From: Lama guanicoe | Taxonomy: Eukaryota | DNA: 64,000 nt | Direction of reading: 5' to 3' | NCBI GenBank assembly: GCA_013239625.1 | Contig: MU053304.1 | Span: 1,674,001 to 1,738,000, forward strand | Part shown: piece after piece, positions 1-12,670 of the stretch | How the letters are laid out: each line of letters opens with the position of its first letter | How positions within the stretch are numbered: position 1 is the first letter of the stretch | Program-made: the position numbers and the translations under genes | Notes under the pieces: generated by a model | Database searches by the model: none | Seen by the model: the letters and a program-made list of their open reading frames with translations, nothing else | Told to the model about the DNA's origin: nothing

Positions 1-1014
1 AGGACTTGATAGTGTTATTAATTGACTAGACTTAAACCTTCTAGTTTCAACATTATGAGATAACCTATTAAAAATGAATCTTTGCGTTCAACATTCAAGC
101 AATATAGTTTTTATATTAGTATAACTCACTTTTGTGTGTGTGTTTTTAAAAATATACTTAATAAAATATGGTAGTTATAATAATTGGTGATGACAGTACA
201 GAATATTCACATAACAAGAAGGAAATCAGTGCATGGTGATTTTTTGGATTCTTATCTGGAGCCAAAGAAGAGTTAAATTTTGTGAGTTTGTGGGGGTGGT
301 GATCTCTGGAGGGGATAGGTCTTCTCAGTATCAGGATTCGGAGGACTGTTTCCTCAACAGATGACTTGACCTTTCTTCATTTGGAATTGTCTGGGGTCAA
401 ACTTGATCATCCCCAAGGGACCCTTCTGTCTCTGGATTCATTGTTACCTGGCAGGGAGGAGATCCCATATTTATTATATGTTAATCTTATATTTACTTTT
501 GGGCAGTTCAAACTCCAAAGTTTAACAGACTCTGGCCTCCTTCCTTAAAGATTAGTTTTTGCCTTAAAAGCAGGTAGCACCTTGATAAGTGAGTGTCTTT
601 TGCTTACCACTTTTTCTCTCTTAGATCTCAAGAATTGTACATGAGTGAGCTGGTACTGGTTGACCAGCTCTGAAGATGTTGGGGGTATTATTAAAGTTAG
701 TTTGCCAACTACAGGTCAAATTAACCAGCATGACTTAAATTGATTTGAATGACTTAGCATGCCATGACATACAGTGGGCATTTAGTAGCATGAAGTGGGC
801 AGGTGAAATCTACTAACTTTATTTCATAACAATATTCTTTGGTTTTCAAAGTGAAAGCAGCAGTATTGTGCTGTTCTCTTGTGTTCACACTGTTTAGGGT
901 CCAAGCAAGATGGCCCTGAGATGGTATTTGAAGTGGTAAATCTTCTTGGATGAATTCTGAAATAGATTGGTCTCTGATTTAATTCCTGAATGGGGTGCAG
1001 TTGTTCTCTATGCA

Positions 1015-1150
1015 GTACAGCCAGGAGGGCGCTTTTAAAACATGTGTCCAATTTCATACCCACAGAATCGATTTCTGAGGGTAGAGGTCAGGCATTTTTT
1101 GACAAAGCTTCTCAGGTGATTGTGATGCTCACCTTTAATTAAGAACATTG
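1015..1150. mobile_element. MER5-like hAT-Charlie fragment
   Basis: aagcttctcaggtgattgtgatgc...aagaacattg resembles recalled MER5A consensus. Confidence 0.5.
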
Positions 1151-1287
1151 TGTTTTCTTCATAGCAAAATTCACTTTTGAAACTATTGGTAGAAATTAAT
1201 ACTCATGTTGACAGTGGTTTTTATGGTGAAGTTCCCCCCAATATATTTATTTTACCCCCAGTTTTCTTTTTATTCTTCTGAATACTT

Positions 1288-1530
1288 ATAGTAATAGCAA
1301 TAGTGGTTAAATATGTACAGAGCCATTGCTGTATGATAGGCACTATCTTAAGTGATTTGCATGGAATTTTTCTTTTAATCTTCACACCTGCTCTATGAGG
1401 TAAATTCTTTATCCCCGTTTGGTAGACTGAAGCATAGAGAAGTTTATATACAAAGTCATACATTTTGTTGGTATTGAAGTTAGGATGCGAGCTCAGTCAG
1501 AGGCAATTTGACTCCGTAGCCCAGCATTTG
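1288..1530 (-). mobile_element. MIR SINE
   Basis: ctctatgaggtaaattctttatccccgtttggtagactgaagcatagaga resembles antisense MIR core. Confidence 0.65.
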
Positions 1531-1626
1531 TAATAGACTGACCTATCTTACTGCTGTCAAAGGATAAATAACAAAAATGACTCCTTTCATCCCAAACTTC
1601 AGACTCCCAGTCCTCTTTCTAAGTCG

Positions 1627-1955
1627 GTTAGTACCATCTGCATGGGGTACGTTTCAGGATCTCAGTGGATGCCTGAAACCATGGGTCGTACCAAACCCTG
1701 TGTGTACTATGTTTTTTTCATGTACTAATGGGTGGCTACCATATATAGTGCATACGCTGGACAGAGGGATGTTTCACATCCTGAGCGGGACAGATAGGGA
1801 TGGCGTGAGGTTTCCTCACGTTACTTGGAATGTTGTACAATTTAATTAAAACTTATGAGTTAGTTATTTTTGAAATTTTCCATTTAATATTTTTTACCAT
1901 GGTTGATTTGGTAGGTAACTGAAACCATGGAAAGCGAAACTGATAAGGGGGAGTG
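1627..1955. mobile_element. TcMar-Tigger non-autonomous DNA transposon (Tigger2/MER28-like)
   Basis: cagtggatgcctgaaacc...ggtaactgaaaccatggaaagcgaaactgataaggggg; family from recalled consensus. Confidence 0.7.
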
Positions 1956-2036
1956 GTTAACAAAATCTGTTTTATGAATTTTTCCACCAATTTTTAAAGT
2001 GTAGACAATAGCTAAAGAAAACATAGGCAAGCCTTT

Positions 2037-2111
2037 TGTGTATATATGTGTGTGTATATATTATATTATACACACACATATATACACACACATATATATT
2101 ATATACACACA
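2037..2111. repeat. Compound (TA/TG/CA)n microsatellite containing a perfect 22-bp inverted repeat
   Basis: Direct reading. Confidence 0.9.
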
Positions 2112-3508
2112 GACACTGATGGGAGTTTCCCCCTAACGTATCTTGGGGAGGTCTTTCCATCACTACATGTAAATTGAACCTTCCTCTTTCTCTTTTATTT
2201 CTCTTCTCATAGTATTTCCTCTTTTTTCTTTCTAAAATTGCCAGTAATTACATTAGTAATTTGAACTTTTTGACTAAGGTTTTTTTTTTATACATATGTA
2301 TTAATGACGTGGTCATGTGTGACAAAGAAAGAGTTCTCTTCTACTGAATTGGTTCAACATATAACTCAAAAGAAAACCCAATTTCCTGTTAGAGTGCATG
2401 GAATATCTTAAAATCCAGTACTAGGTTTAGTTATGGTTAATTTACATTCTTTTTGGCACAAGTTTCTGTAATGTCATATGATCGTTCCGTCTGTTCCCAC
2501 CCTAGTAGGTAAGAAGTAATTAAAGAATTCTACTTGGAGTTTGACCAGAAGCTTAAGAAAAATTGTGTCAGATTTGATTTATAACAAGTTGTAATTCTTT
2601 CTTCCTATGGTAGTAATATTGGGCTTTTTTTATCAGTTAAAGTCATTTTTGAGTATCAACATTTTTTTCTGTGTAGTTCTTACAGAAAGACAAAAAGTTT
2701 GAATGGATTAAGAACTGTGTTTTAAACTAAATTGTTACACTTATGAACTAAGTGCAGTTTCTTTTTGCTAACAACTCCATGAGGTAGGTAATGTACTGAT
2801 TTTACAGAAGAGGTAAACAAAATCTAGAGATTAAGTTTCGTCCACAAGTCACAGCCAGCACAGCTGACGGTGAAATCCAGGGTATCTGGGACTGTGTCTC
2901 AGTTTACTATGCTTGAGCTGCTTTTTCCTTGTTCTCCACTGAGATGCTGTAGTTTTATCATTTCCTTTGTATTCATGATTTCATTTGTTCATGTCGGTAC
3001 TGTTTAGTAAGCATGACTTACGTTGTTTTTATTCTGTGGCTGGGGAACCAAAGGCGAGAGGTGGTGACTTGTACAAAGACAGACTCTTTTGATACCTGAC
3101 TGATAAATCACGGGACCTGAGACAAGGTGTTCTGGCTTTCAGTGCGGTGCCCCTTTCTATCTAGTACTGGAATGGGGAAACAAAGTTTTCTACTAGTGCC
3201 TTTTTTTTTTTTTTCCTTGAATTGGGAATTTCCTGGGAGTTCCCTGAGAAATCTAAGTGAATTTTATGTGCTGGGTTCTAGACCTTCGTGCCTTGAATTT
3301 GGTATATTTCTGACATTTTATAACATATTAATCAGTGAGGCCTCAGTTTAATAAGACAGAGTGCAGCATGGTGAAGACTGTGTGATCAAATTGTTTACAT
3401 AAAATTTCTCCTTCATCTTTGGCACCTCTCATTTGTTTTCTGTATTGTACTATGTATAGTTGACGTTTTCTTTTTTCTTTTTTCTTTTTTTTTCCCCCCT
3501 TTTAGTGA

Positions 3509-3683
<175 letters not shown>

Positions 3684-4484
3684 TGAGAATAAAAAGAAAT
3701 TTTTAAAAACTTCATTATGAGGACCAAAACTGGAATGGTTCACTATAAATGGGTAATTTTTTTTTTTAATTTTTGAGCCAAGTAACAGAACACTGGAATT
3801 CAAAGCAATTATTTAATCATTCCCCAAATATGCTAGGCTTAAAAAATTGTTCAGTCACTGACATTACCAAAACTCCAATCCCAGGATCAGTAGCGTATGC
3901 ACATCCTGTCCTGTTTGCCCTATCTCTTCCTCACTCCCTTGGCACATGCTACAGCACAGCTTTTCAGCCATTTGTAGTCCCTCTGTTTATGTGTGTCCTG
4001 ACTTATTTACCTTACTGAAAGGAAGCTTTATTTGTTTTAAGGTCTTGAGTTTTGATACCTAGCTGTTGAATTTTTTCCCATCTTACTTTTTGTCAGCACC
4101 AATGCTGACAGGCTGGTAAAGCCGTCTGGCATCGATTCTCATCATTTTCTGAGTGGTCTGGTGTTGAGCTGGCTTTTTCCTTAGAGTTGTTGTAAAGGAG
4201 ATAGTCTGAAGAATGAGGTACATTCTCTTGAATGTAAAATTCGAAGTCTAAGTTATCTACAGACTGTCATTTTATGTATAAAATATTCAGAATTACTTTA
4301 AGTCCTGATTTTCTAATCCATAGACCAGTCATGTTTAGCTCACAATGGAAGACGGCTAAGTTGTAATAAGATTACTGGCTGTAGCATTTTGAGGCATTAC
4401 CATGTATATGTTGCCTAGTAAATAATTAAAAAAAATTGTAAACGTCAAATGTAAAGAAATTGAAACACACCTTGTTCACATCAG

Positions 4485-4700
4485 GCTGTGTTAGTGGTTG
4501 AGTGTTTGGACTTTGGACTAGGCAGCGTTGTGTGCAGTTTCTGCCTCTGCCTCTAAATAGCTGTGTGTCCTGTGTTGTATTTTTCAGCAAACCTCAACTG
4601 TTTAGTCCACACAGTAGGGATACCTATTTAATCGGGTTATTAGTTAACTTGGTATTGCAGTATGTTAAGCTCTTAGAACAATACTTAGCACGGAGTTTTG
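4485..4700 (+). mobile_element. MIR SINE
   Basis: gtggttgagtgtttggactttggac...ctctgcctc..agctgtgtgtcc...cttagaacaatacttagcac. Confidence 0.65.
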
Positions 4701-5240
4701 TTCTGAAATTGTTTCTTGCTTGTTTACATTTAGATTATTCTTTGCAACAGCCACACTGAACTTTATTTATATTGTTGATTAAAAAGTATCACTCCCCCAT
4801 TATAAAAATTTTACATATTTATTTTAGAGAATTTGGAAAATACAGAAAAGTTAAAGGAAAACATCAGAATTATACAATCCACTTGTAACCACTGTTAACG
4901 TTGGCCTGTTCCTCCATAGTCCTTTTTTTTGTACTGCATGTGTGTGTATATATATATGCATGCACGTGCACATGAGTTACTTGTACCTTTTGAACAATTG
5001 CAGTTTTGCATATTAATCCTCAGGTTATATTTAGACTCTTGAATATGAATGACAAACATTTTGGGCTGTCACACGGTGTATTGCTTCTAAATTCACAGTG
5101 GCATTTCAGCACCATTATCTTTTCTACACATCAAGGTTGTGTAGAATTATTTAAGTGTTTTATTGTATTATGTATTTTAAAAATATGAGAGGAAAACAAA
5201 TGGACGTGGTTAATACTAGTGATTAAGATGTGCTGGCTTA

Positions 5241-5481
5241 GGTCGTTAGCTTTCTTACTTGCTTTCTGAGACGGCCCCGCACTCTATCTATGGAGTGTGC
5301 ATCTACTTTTAATCACCCCACACCTCTCTTGGTCTCTCCCTCTCACCTTTATGAGATGGCCCGCATTCTGCCTGTGGAGTGTGTATCTCCCAAGCCATTT
5401 TTCCCTTCTGAGTGAGATGGACCCCACTCTATCTATGGAGTGTGTACAAATAAAATTGCTTTCATTTGAAAAAAAAAAAAA
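5241..5481 (+). mobile_element. Retroposed polyadenylated insertion, ERV-LTR-like sequence, with 14-bp target-site duplication
   Basis: AATAAA 5449-5454, A13 tail 5469-5481, TSD gatgtgctggctta (5227-5240) / gatgcactggctta (5484-5497), three internal ~36-nt repeats. Confidence 0.75.
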
Positions 5482-6831
5482 GGGATGCACTGGCTTAAAT
5501 AACGAAGTTGTAATCAAGGTGGAACTCAATTTGATTTGTAGAATGGCAGATCTTGTACTTTAAGCCAATCAGTGATATTCTCAATTGTGAAGGAAAAGAA
5601 TAAAATTTAAAAATGTGTTTGGAATGGCAGAAACATGCCAGAGTATAAATATAAAGCAAGGTACAATTAGGGTTTTTATAGCTTTAATCTTTCCTCCGTT
5701 TCAGTAATGTAGCCCTATTTCAGCTCTCAAGATTTCAGCTTTGACATGTCTTCAAAAAATATTTCCCCACAAAACTAGTACACGAAAGAAGACTTACTTG
5801 CTTTTTTAAAAACCTAGTATTACATGTGTCATTACCTGTGTCCTTAAAAATTGTTTAAAAACATGACTTTTAAAGTCTTCATGTTCAGTTGTGTGGCTGT
5901 ACTGTAATTTCATAATAATTTTCCTATTTTTATGTGGGTAAGTATAGTTATGAAGAGGACACAGAAATGTAGAACTGTAGCCAAAAAGTCTTACCAGTTT
6001 GGCTGAGAATGCAGATTTGCTCATCTGAATTTCATTTTGCCGTTCTAGACAGCTTAGTTCTTTTGTTCGTGATAGAACATCAAAACTGGAAATTCATCAA
6101 ATCTCAGGCTGACTTTTGAAGCCCCAGTAGAGTATGCTGTGCTAACAGTTACCCAATCTCTAAGGACCCTCTCTGGTGATTTTGGGGAGTGAGAGGATTG
6201 GGATTAATTGGGAGAGAGCAGTCACAACTGCATTTTCATTCTTTGAATCTGACTCCTGTTGCATAGCTTTTCTAAGTAAAATGCTGTTACTGTGGCTTCT
6301 GTTTCCCAAAAAACAGTGGATTTGGTCTTGTGAATGTATTCATAGTGATCTGGTGATTGAAATAGTGGTCATAAAAAACAGCACCTCCTACGGTACCTGG
6401 GGAGTGTTTCTAGCTGAGCAGTTTTGTGTACATATTCTTTCCATTGAGACTCACAGAAACTCTGTGCTGCTAAGTGTCTCGTCCTGTTCTCTAAGGGTGG
6501 TAGCTTGCTCAGCTTTACACAGCGGCTATGTAGAGTCAGGTCTTGACCCCTGACCCCTTCACTCTAAACTCAGTGGTTCTTTTTTGGTATGCCAGACTGT
6601 TTTTACTGCACAAATCACTTGATCTAAATGATGAGGGACTTGGGGAGGGGGAGTTGAATTACTTCAAACTGAAGAGCAGTAACTCATTCCGTTTAGAATT
6701 TAAGAAGCAGTTCTTCCCTCTTAGAATTTTTAAATTCGTTCATTTTTGATCCACTGTTTTTTTCCATACTTGCGTTATGTTGTTTTCTTTGTGTAGTTTC
6801 CTTCTCTTTTCCCAAATCAAGGTCACTTTAC

Positions 6832-6890
6832 TTTTTTTTTTTTTTTTTTAAAAAATTTTTTTTTAAAAAAAAATTTTTTTTTTTTTTTTT
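6832..6890. repeat. Homopolymer array T18-A6-T9-A9-T17
   Basis: Direct reading. Confidence 0.9.
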
Positions 6891-7589
6891 GAGAAAGATT
6901 TTAGTTCACCGTTAAGATAAAAGAAAGTTGGATATTTGATAATTTCTCCTGTTGATTTCTCCTGTTCTTTTCCACCCATCCTTCATCTCTATCCATAATT
7001 GAACTAGACATCTTACTCCTCTTCTGTTGTTTTTCTCTTTTCCTTTCTTCCATAATTTTTTGGGCTATGTTGATCTGTTCCTCTCTCTTCTGTTCTTTTT
7101 TTTTTTTTCTTTAGGAAATCACTCACCTCCACTGCTTGCCTGTGGGCTTGCTCTCAGGGATACAGCCTAGCCTTTCCCACTTCTAGCACAGGCATTTGTA
7201 GGCTCCTGGCCCTCCTGGCCATGCAGTAGCATTTTCATTGTATCATGTGCTTTTTCTTGTCTTTCTCACATGTCAGTGGTGGGATTGAATTCAATTTTAT
7301 AGCAACTTTAAGATTGCTTTAGTGAAGGTTTCTTCGACATTATTTTTCTTAGAAAAATGCAACATGTTGAGAATAGAAAATTGGGATGCTTCAGGAAAAT
7401 TAAAGAATTAAGGTAAATTTATTCCAGCCACCCAGGAGATAACTATGGTTAGTATTTCTACTCTGTATTTCTACTCCATGATTTTTTTTTTTTGATACTG
7501 AAAGCCTATGATTTAATTCTGGGCCTCTAGTTTTTCTCAGTTTTTTTCTATAAAATAGCATTGCTATGCCCATCACATTTTAGTATGAT

Positions 7590-8970
7590 TCTGATTTTAT
7601 CAAGTCAGATTCCTGAAATGGGTTTATAGGACTTAAGGTTATGAATATTTTGAAGAGTTTTAACAGTTAAGATTGCTAAATTGTCTTTCAAAGAAAATTG
7701 AACCACTGTTTTTTTTTTATTGAACCAATTTATACTCCTACTGATTCTTTGTGAGAATGCCTGTTTCTCCAAATCCTAGTCAGTATAGCACACCATTTTT
7801 AGTAAAAATTTGTGTGTAAAAGGATTCCTTTGGTTACTATAGAGTTGAAGATCTTACCCACATGTTGGCCATTTTCATTTATTTTATGAATTGTATGTTA
7901 GTGTCCTTTGTCTGTTTTAATTTTGGAGATGCTTTTTCTTTTATTAACGCCCTTTATGGAAAAGGGATCAATCTACTGACACTGGCAGTTTTTTTCCCCT
8001 AGTTTTACTTGTTAGAGTTTGTTTCAATTTATAGACGATTTAAAATTTAAATAGTCAAGTCTGTGAGCTTTTTGTTTCTTTTCTTCCTTTGCCTTCTCCA
8101 TCCCCAGAATAAAATTTCTTCTCAGTTCTGTTACGGTTTCATTTTTTATGTTTTACTGTAACCTGTCAATGTCAGAGTTTTTAAATGATGTGAGGAAATG
8201 CTTGAGTCCAATCCAGTCCCACTTCTCCACCCCATTAAAAAATTTATCTGCAAAGTTTTATTATTTATTACGGAGTCAAAAACTCAATTATGAGATCTAG
8301 AGGTTATAGCTTTCTGTTAACATTGTCAAAGCAGGGATTTTTTTTTTTAGGCCAGTATTAATTATGCTGAAGTAGATTTATATTTTGCTTAAAAATTAAA
8401 AAGCTATTCCAGAGGACTGAGATACAGGAAAACATTAAAAAAAAAATCCAGAGATTAAATCTGTGTTAGTATTTTTATTTTTTACTTGTTTTTAAAACTC
8501 AATTTAGCATGTAGCTGATTACACTGTAAATACTGTTTTGGATCTTACTTTTTTTCACTCAGAATCTTAACATAAACATTTTCTCTATGATGATGATTTT
8601 TTGATAATTGTTAACAAATGGTTGCATGATTTTCTGAATCAGTGTACAGCATTTTCCCCTATTGATTTCCACTTTTTGGATAATTAGATGGTTGGAGTGG
8701 GAAAAGTTTTTGTTTATGCTTTAAATGTTTGCATTTCAAGTATCTCTTAAGGATATGTTCCCAGGAATGAAATTGCTTGGTCAAAGTAACTTTTTTTAGG
8801 TCAACTTATTCCACATAAATTTTCTTTCTCTAATTTACTTATCATAATCAGGAAAAATGCTTTTTTTCATCATTCTATTTATGTTATCTCTTTTGCATTT
8901 TCCTGCTAATTTAATATGGAAAAATTGCGTTAGTTTTATTGATGTTTCTTTAGTAATGAGGTTAAACATT
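7590..8970 (-). mobile_element. Degraded ancient L1 (L1M-type) fragments
   Basis: aatttatactcctac..gtgagaatgcctgtttctcc; ccaggaatgaaattgcttggtcaaag are typical antisense L1 3' motifs. Confidence 0.55.
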
Positions 8971-10089
8971 AGAAAAATAGAGTAAAGGAGTGAGATCTGA
9001 GTGAGACTACTTCTTTGTGTGAATGTGCTAATGAGTTTTCATATGCTGTTAATCTTTCTTTGTACCACTGTACAGGAGAACTAACCTTTTGATTTGCTCA
9101 GCTGAGAGTAGAGCCTCTTGTAATGATAACCCTCTTTAGTGTAATGATTTCCCTCAGTTCTTCACCTGTGCATTTTGAGTGGTAGTCACTCTTTTCCACC
9201 ACGATCTTAACTCTGATCCTGTCACCCCAATGCTGTTGCCATAGCTAGGAGAATCTACAGTCTTTTCTTTTGATGGGACTAAGGTGGTCACATGATCCAA
9301 GCAAGGGAAAACTGGAAACTTACTCCTTTCTGGTAACAAAGGGAAGACATGAATCTGAAATTTCCAGCTGCACATCTCCTGCCTTGTGGAGGTTGGGCAG
9401 GCAGAGAAAAGGCAGATATATTAGAGATAGTGTGTACTAAATTTCCTACAAGTTTCAGTTCCTCAGTTCCTCAGAGCTGTGTTGACTTTTGCCTTCACTA
9501 GGCTTGATTATCTGCCTGTTTTGATTCTGGGGATACGTGTGTCTTACTTTAATAAAGCCTCATGTTTTGGCTTTAAAGTTAAGACTCCTGCCGTAACATG
9601 CTTGCAGTACAAACTCAGTATAAGATCATAAGATTGTGTTCATCCATTTGTAGAACATCATGCTAGTAAGTTCTTTGCTAGTTGGTAGTTATAAAAATGA
9701 GAGTAGAGTAGCCTTTGTCACAAACACTTCCAACTCAGTAGGGGAAATGGGCGTGTCGGTGATTATTAAAGTCAGATGAGGAACATTTCTGGCAGTGACC
9801 CTGTTGATGTGGGCTCTGAAGGCTAAAGAAGCAGATGGTATATGCCAACCACATTTGTCTCTACTTGACATGTGGAGGCATTAGTTACTTCCAGAGTGTA
9901 TTCTGTTTCTCATTTTCCTGTTACTTTGCTCATAAGGAGTAGATGTTCAACAGATACCAGTGTGGGGTAATAATAATATTTAGTTCCTTGGCATTTCTAG
10001 GCACCAAAATGTGACTTTCTTTTACTGAAATGGTCATGAAAAGGTGCTTGACTGGAGTGAAGGCAGAGCTGATACAGGGCATGGTTTAA

Positions 10090-10432
10090 ATGGGCTACAA
10101 GACAAGGTGGTCTGGATTATGCTGCAGTAATGACCAGCTCCCAAATACTAGTATATTAGAATAATTGAGCCACTGGGAAGCTTGTCCCTTCTGGGTCACC
10201 TGCAGGCTCTGCTCCATGTCTGCACATTCAGATATTCAGATAGCATTGCTGTGGTGGAAAGAGAATGTCCAAAGCTTCCCTCAGACGTGATTCATTTCCA
10301 CTCACTCCCCCTTGACCAGAGCAAGTTACGTGGCTGCACGTAACTTCCAAGTGGTTTGACAAGTACCATCCTACCATGTGTCTGGAAAGAAGAGAAATAG
10401 ATTATTTGTAAACAGCAGCTGGTAGCTATCAC
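10090..10432. mobile_element. MaLR LTR (MLT1-like)
   Basis: ttatgctgcagtaa...gaccagagcaagttacgtggctgcacgtaacttcc..atcctaccatgtg. Confidence 0.6.
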
Positions 10433-11689
10433 AGGCTGCTGAACACCGTCTTGTTTTGTTTTATTTTTTTAATGTTGTTTTTTATTCTTACTCCCATATC
10501 TACAACAGACCATTTATTTCCCCAAATTGTACATAGTGCCGCATGGCTGTGCAATTGTGTATTCACTTCATTCTGCTATTCAGTTAATCAGTATGGGTAC
10601 CTTTTTTAGGTATTCCCTTTTTGTGTGTTCCTTGTGTCTCTTTTTTTTATCCTGACCTTTGCTTAGTCAGATGAAAGTTCAAGCTTCCTCATCTTTGAGA
10701 GGAAGAGAATGTTAAGGGGAGACATGATGTGATGTGAAAATGACTCCATTGTTTCTTATGACTAAATTGAAACCGCTTTTAAAAACAATTTAGTTTGCCA
10801 GGTAACTTGTTACTTGTGCCTTTCAGTAAGTGGCACATCTACTGCACAGTTGCGCACTTGGACTTTTCGCTCAGTGTGTTGCGCACATACTCTTCCACGC
10901 AGTGCCGCTCTGGTCATGCTGGGAAGGCTGGTCTGGCCCAGCAGGCCTTGGGGCTGGGAGGCAGGGTTTACAGTGCTGTGTTAAACAGTGGTGTGGCTGC
11001 CTTGGTCTAAAGAGGAACAGAGGCTACTCTTTTCTAGGTAGAAGTTATGCACATTGGATTCTTAATAGTCTGTGTTAAATTCTTTCTTGGACCAACAAAG
11101 TAATATTTTATACGTTGTGTAATTTTCTCTGCATTATATATTTCTTGCTTTAGTCATGAGATGTGAAATTTTGTTCAAAAGTCACTTAATAAATGTTGAA
11201 AACCTATAAGGTGTTAGCTGTCATAGATTATTTCATATCCTTAACTGAGGGTTTGCTTTGATCCTTCTGTCCCTCAATATTGAGGGAGTCTGATGTTCCA
11301 CACCACTTTTTACAAATGCTTTCTCAGTCTCTGAATGCTTTCCTAGAAGAGTATCAGTGTGACTAAAAAGACTAATATATACAGATGCTTCTTCAATAAT
11401 TGAACAGCCAATTTTAACATCATATATGGAAAGCTATTGTTTTTGCCTTTTTTGTTTTGTTAATATAAAACAAGAAGGCTTCTTTTTAGAAAATTAAAAG
11501 GAAATGTGTGATTTTCTTCAATTTTTCTCATATACCATGTCCAAAACCTTAAGCTGTTTATTTTGATCTGTATTTAATCAGAGATAGAAATACTAAGAGA
11601 TAGAAATACTAGCATGGGTAGGAAAAATTTAATAACTGTAGATATAGGCCTTATGTTTGAGCTCCTAGGTGTAGCTGTGGGGTTTCAGA

Positions 11690-11885
11690 TTTAGGGAGCT
11701 GAAATACCTGGGCTCAGTCTCATCTTTCCTGCCTGAGGGCTGTGTAATTTGGGGCAAGACTCATTTCTACAACTTTAAAATGGAAGTATGCCTGCCTTGG
11801 GTGTCTTTTGAGGGTTAAGCTGGGTAATGTTTTTAAAAAATTAATACAATGCTTATCACATAACACACCTTTAAAATTACTTACT
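11690..11885 (+). mobile_element. MIR SINE
   Basis: gctgtgtaatttggggcaag...taaaatgg...gagggttaagctgggtaatg. Confidence 0.55.
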
Positions 11886-12159
11886 CTGTTGTCATCTTAA
11901 TAAGTTTTTACCCAAGTGTTTTATGAAAGTCAGTGTCATTCCTGAAGTACTCAGTGTTGCATCACTGATCTGTTACTAATCACTTATTTACTTTCATTAT
12001 CTCTCTGTTTATACTCCTCCCCCAATTGCTTTGTGAAAGGAGGCAAAAGTAAATTGAGTTGAAAGGCTCCGTTTTGGGGGAGGGGCATCTTTTACTATGG
12101 TTTTGATTACATTCAATCCTTCTGCCTTTTTTTCTTTACACAATGTGCTATTGTGTAAG

Positions 12160-12670
12160 CATTGTGGTTTACCCAGCATCCTCAGTGTGCCCAAATTGTT
12201 GAACATACACAGTTTTGGCTTTTGCCTTACTGCTTCTAAGCCTAACAGCCTCTTACTGCAAGCTATTTTAATAGATCTAAAACAGAATCTAGATCCTTCT
12301 ATAAAGGCATTTAAGCCCTGGCCTGTACTTTCAGCCTTGTTTCCTAATGTATCTCTGTGCTCAGTCACTTGCCAGGTACCATGTGGATTTCCTGATTTCC
12401 TGTCTCTACCTTTGTCTGTGCTGCTTTTGACCAGAACGCTCTTTTTCCTCAGCTTTTCATTCTTCAGGGTGTGGCTTAAATGCCATGTGGTCTATAAATC
12501 TGCATTTTCCTGCTAAGAGTAATTTCTCTCTTTGTTGTTCAACTTCACAGCACCTGGAAGATCACTTTGTTTTATGAAATTCTGACCTCTTTTAGGATAG
12601 GGACACAATTTAGTGTGTCATCAGTATTTATGTGCCCTGTGGTAACTTGTATATACTTGAGTTGAGAAAA
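12160..12670 (+). mobile_element. L2 LINE fragments
   Basis: aaggcatttaagccctggcc...ttcattcttcagggtgtggcttaaatgcca. Confidence 0.5.

Noticed and set aside
6176..6553. 125-aa ORF, and similar intronic ORFs such as 12097-12516, 14672-15028 and 61237-61653
   Set aside because: Low-complexity F/L/C-rich translations, often overlapping repeats, with no recognisable domain
7081..7120. Strong-looking acceptor after a long pyrimidine tract (tttag at 7114)
   Set aside because: No good donor seen at exon distance; decoy acceptors are common
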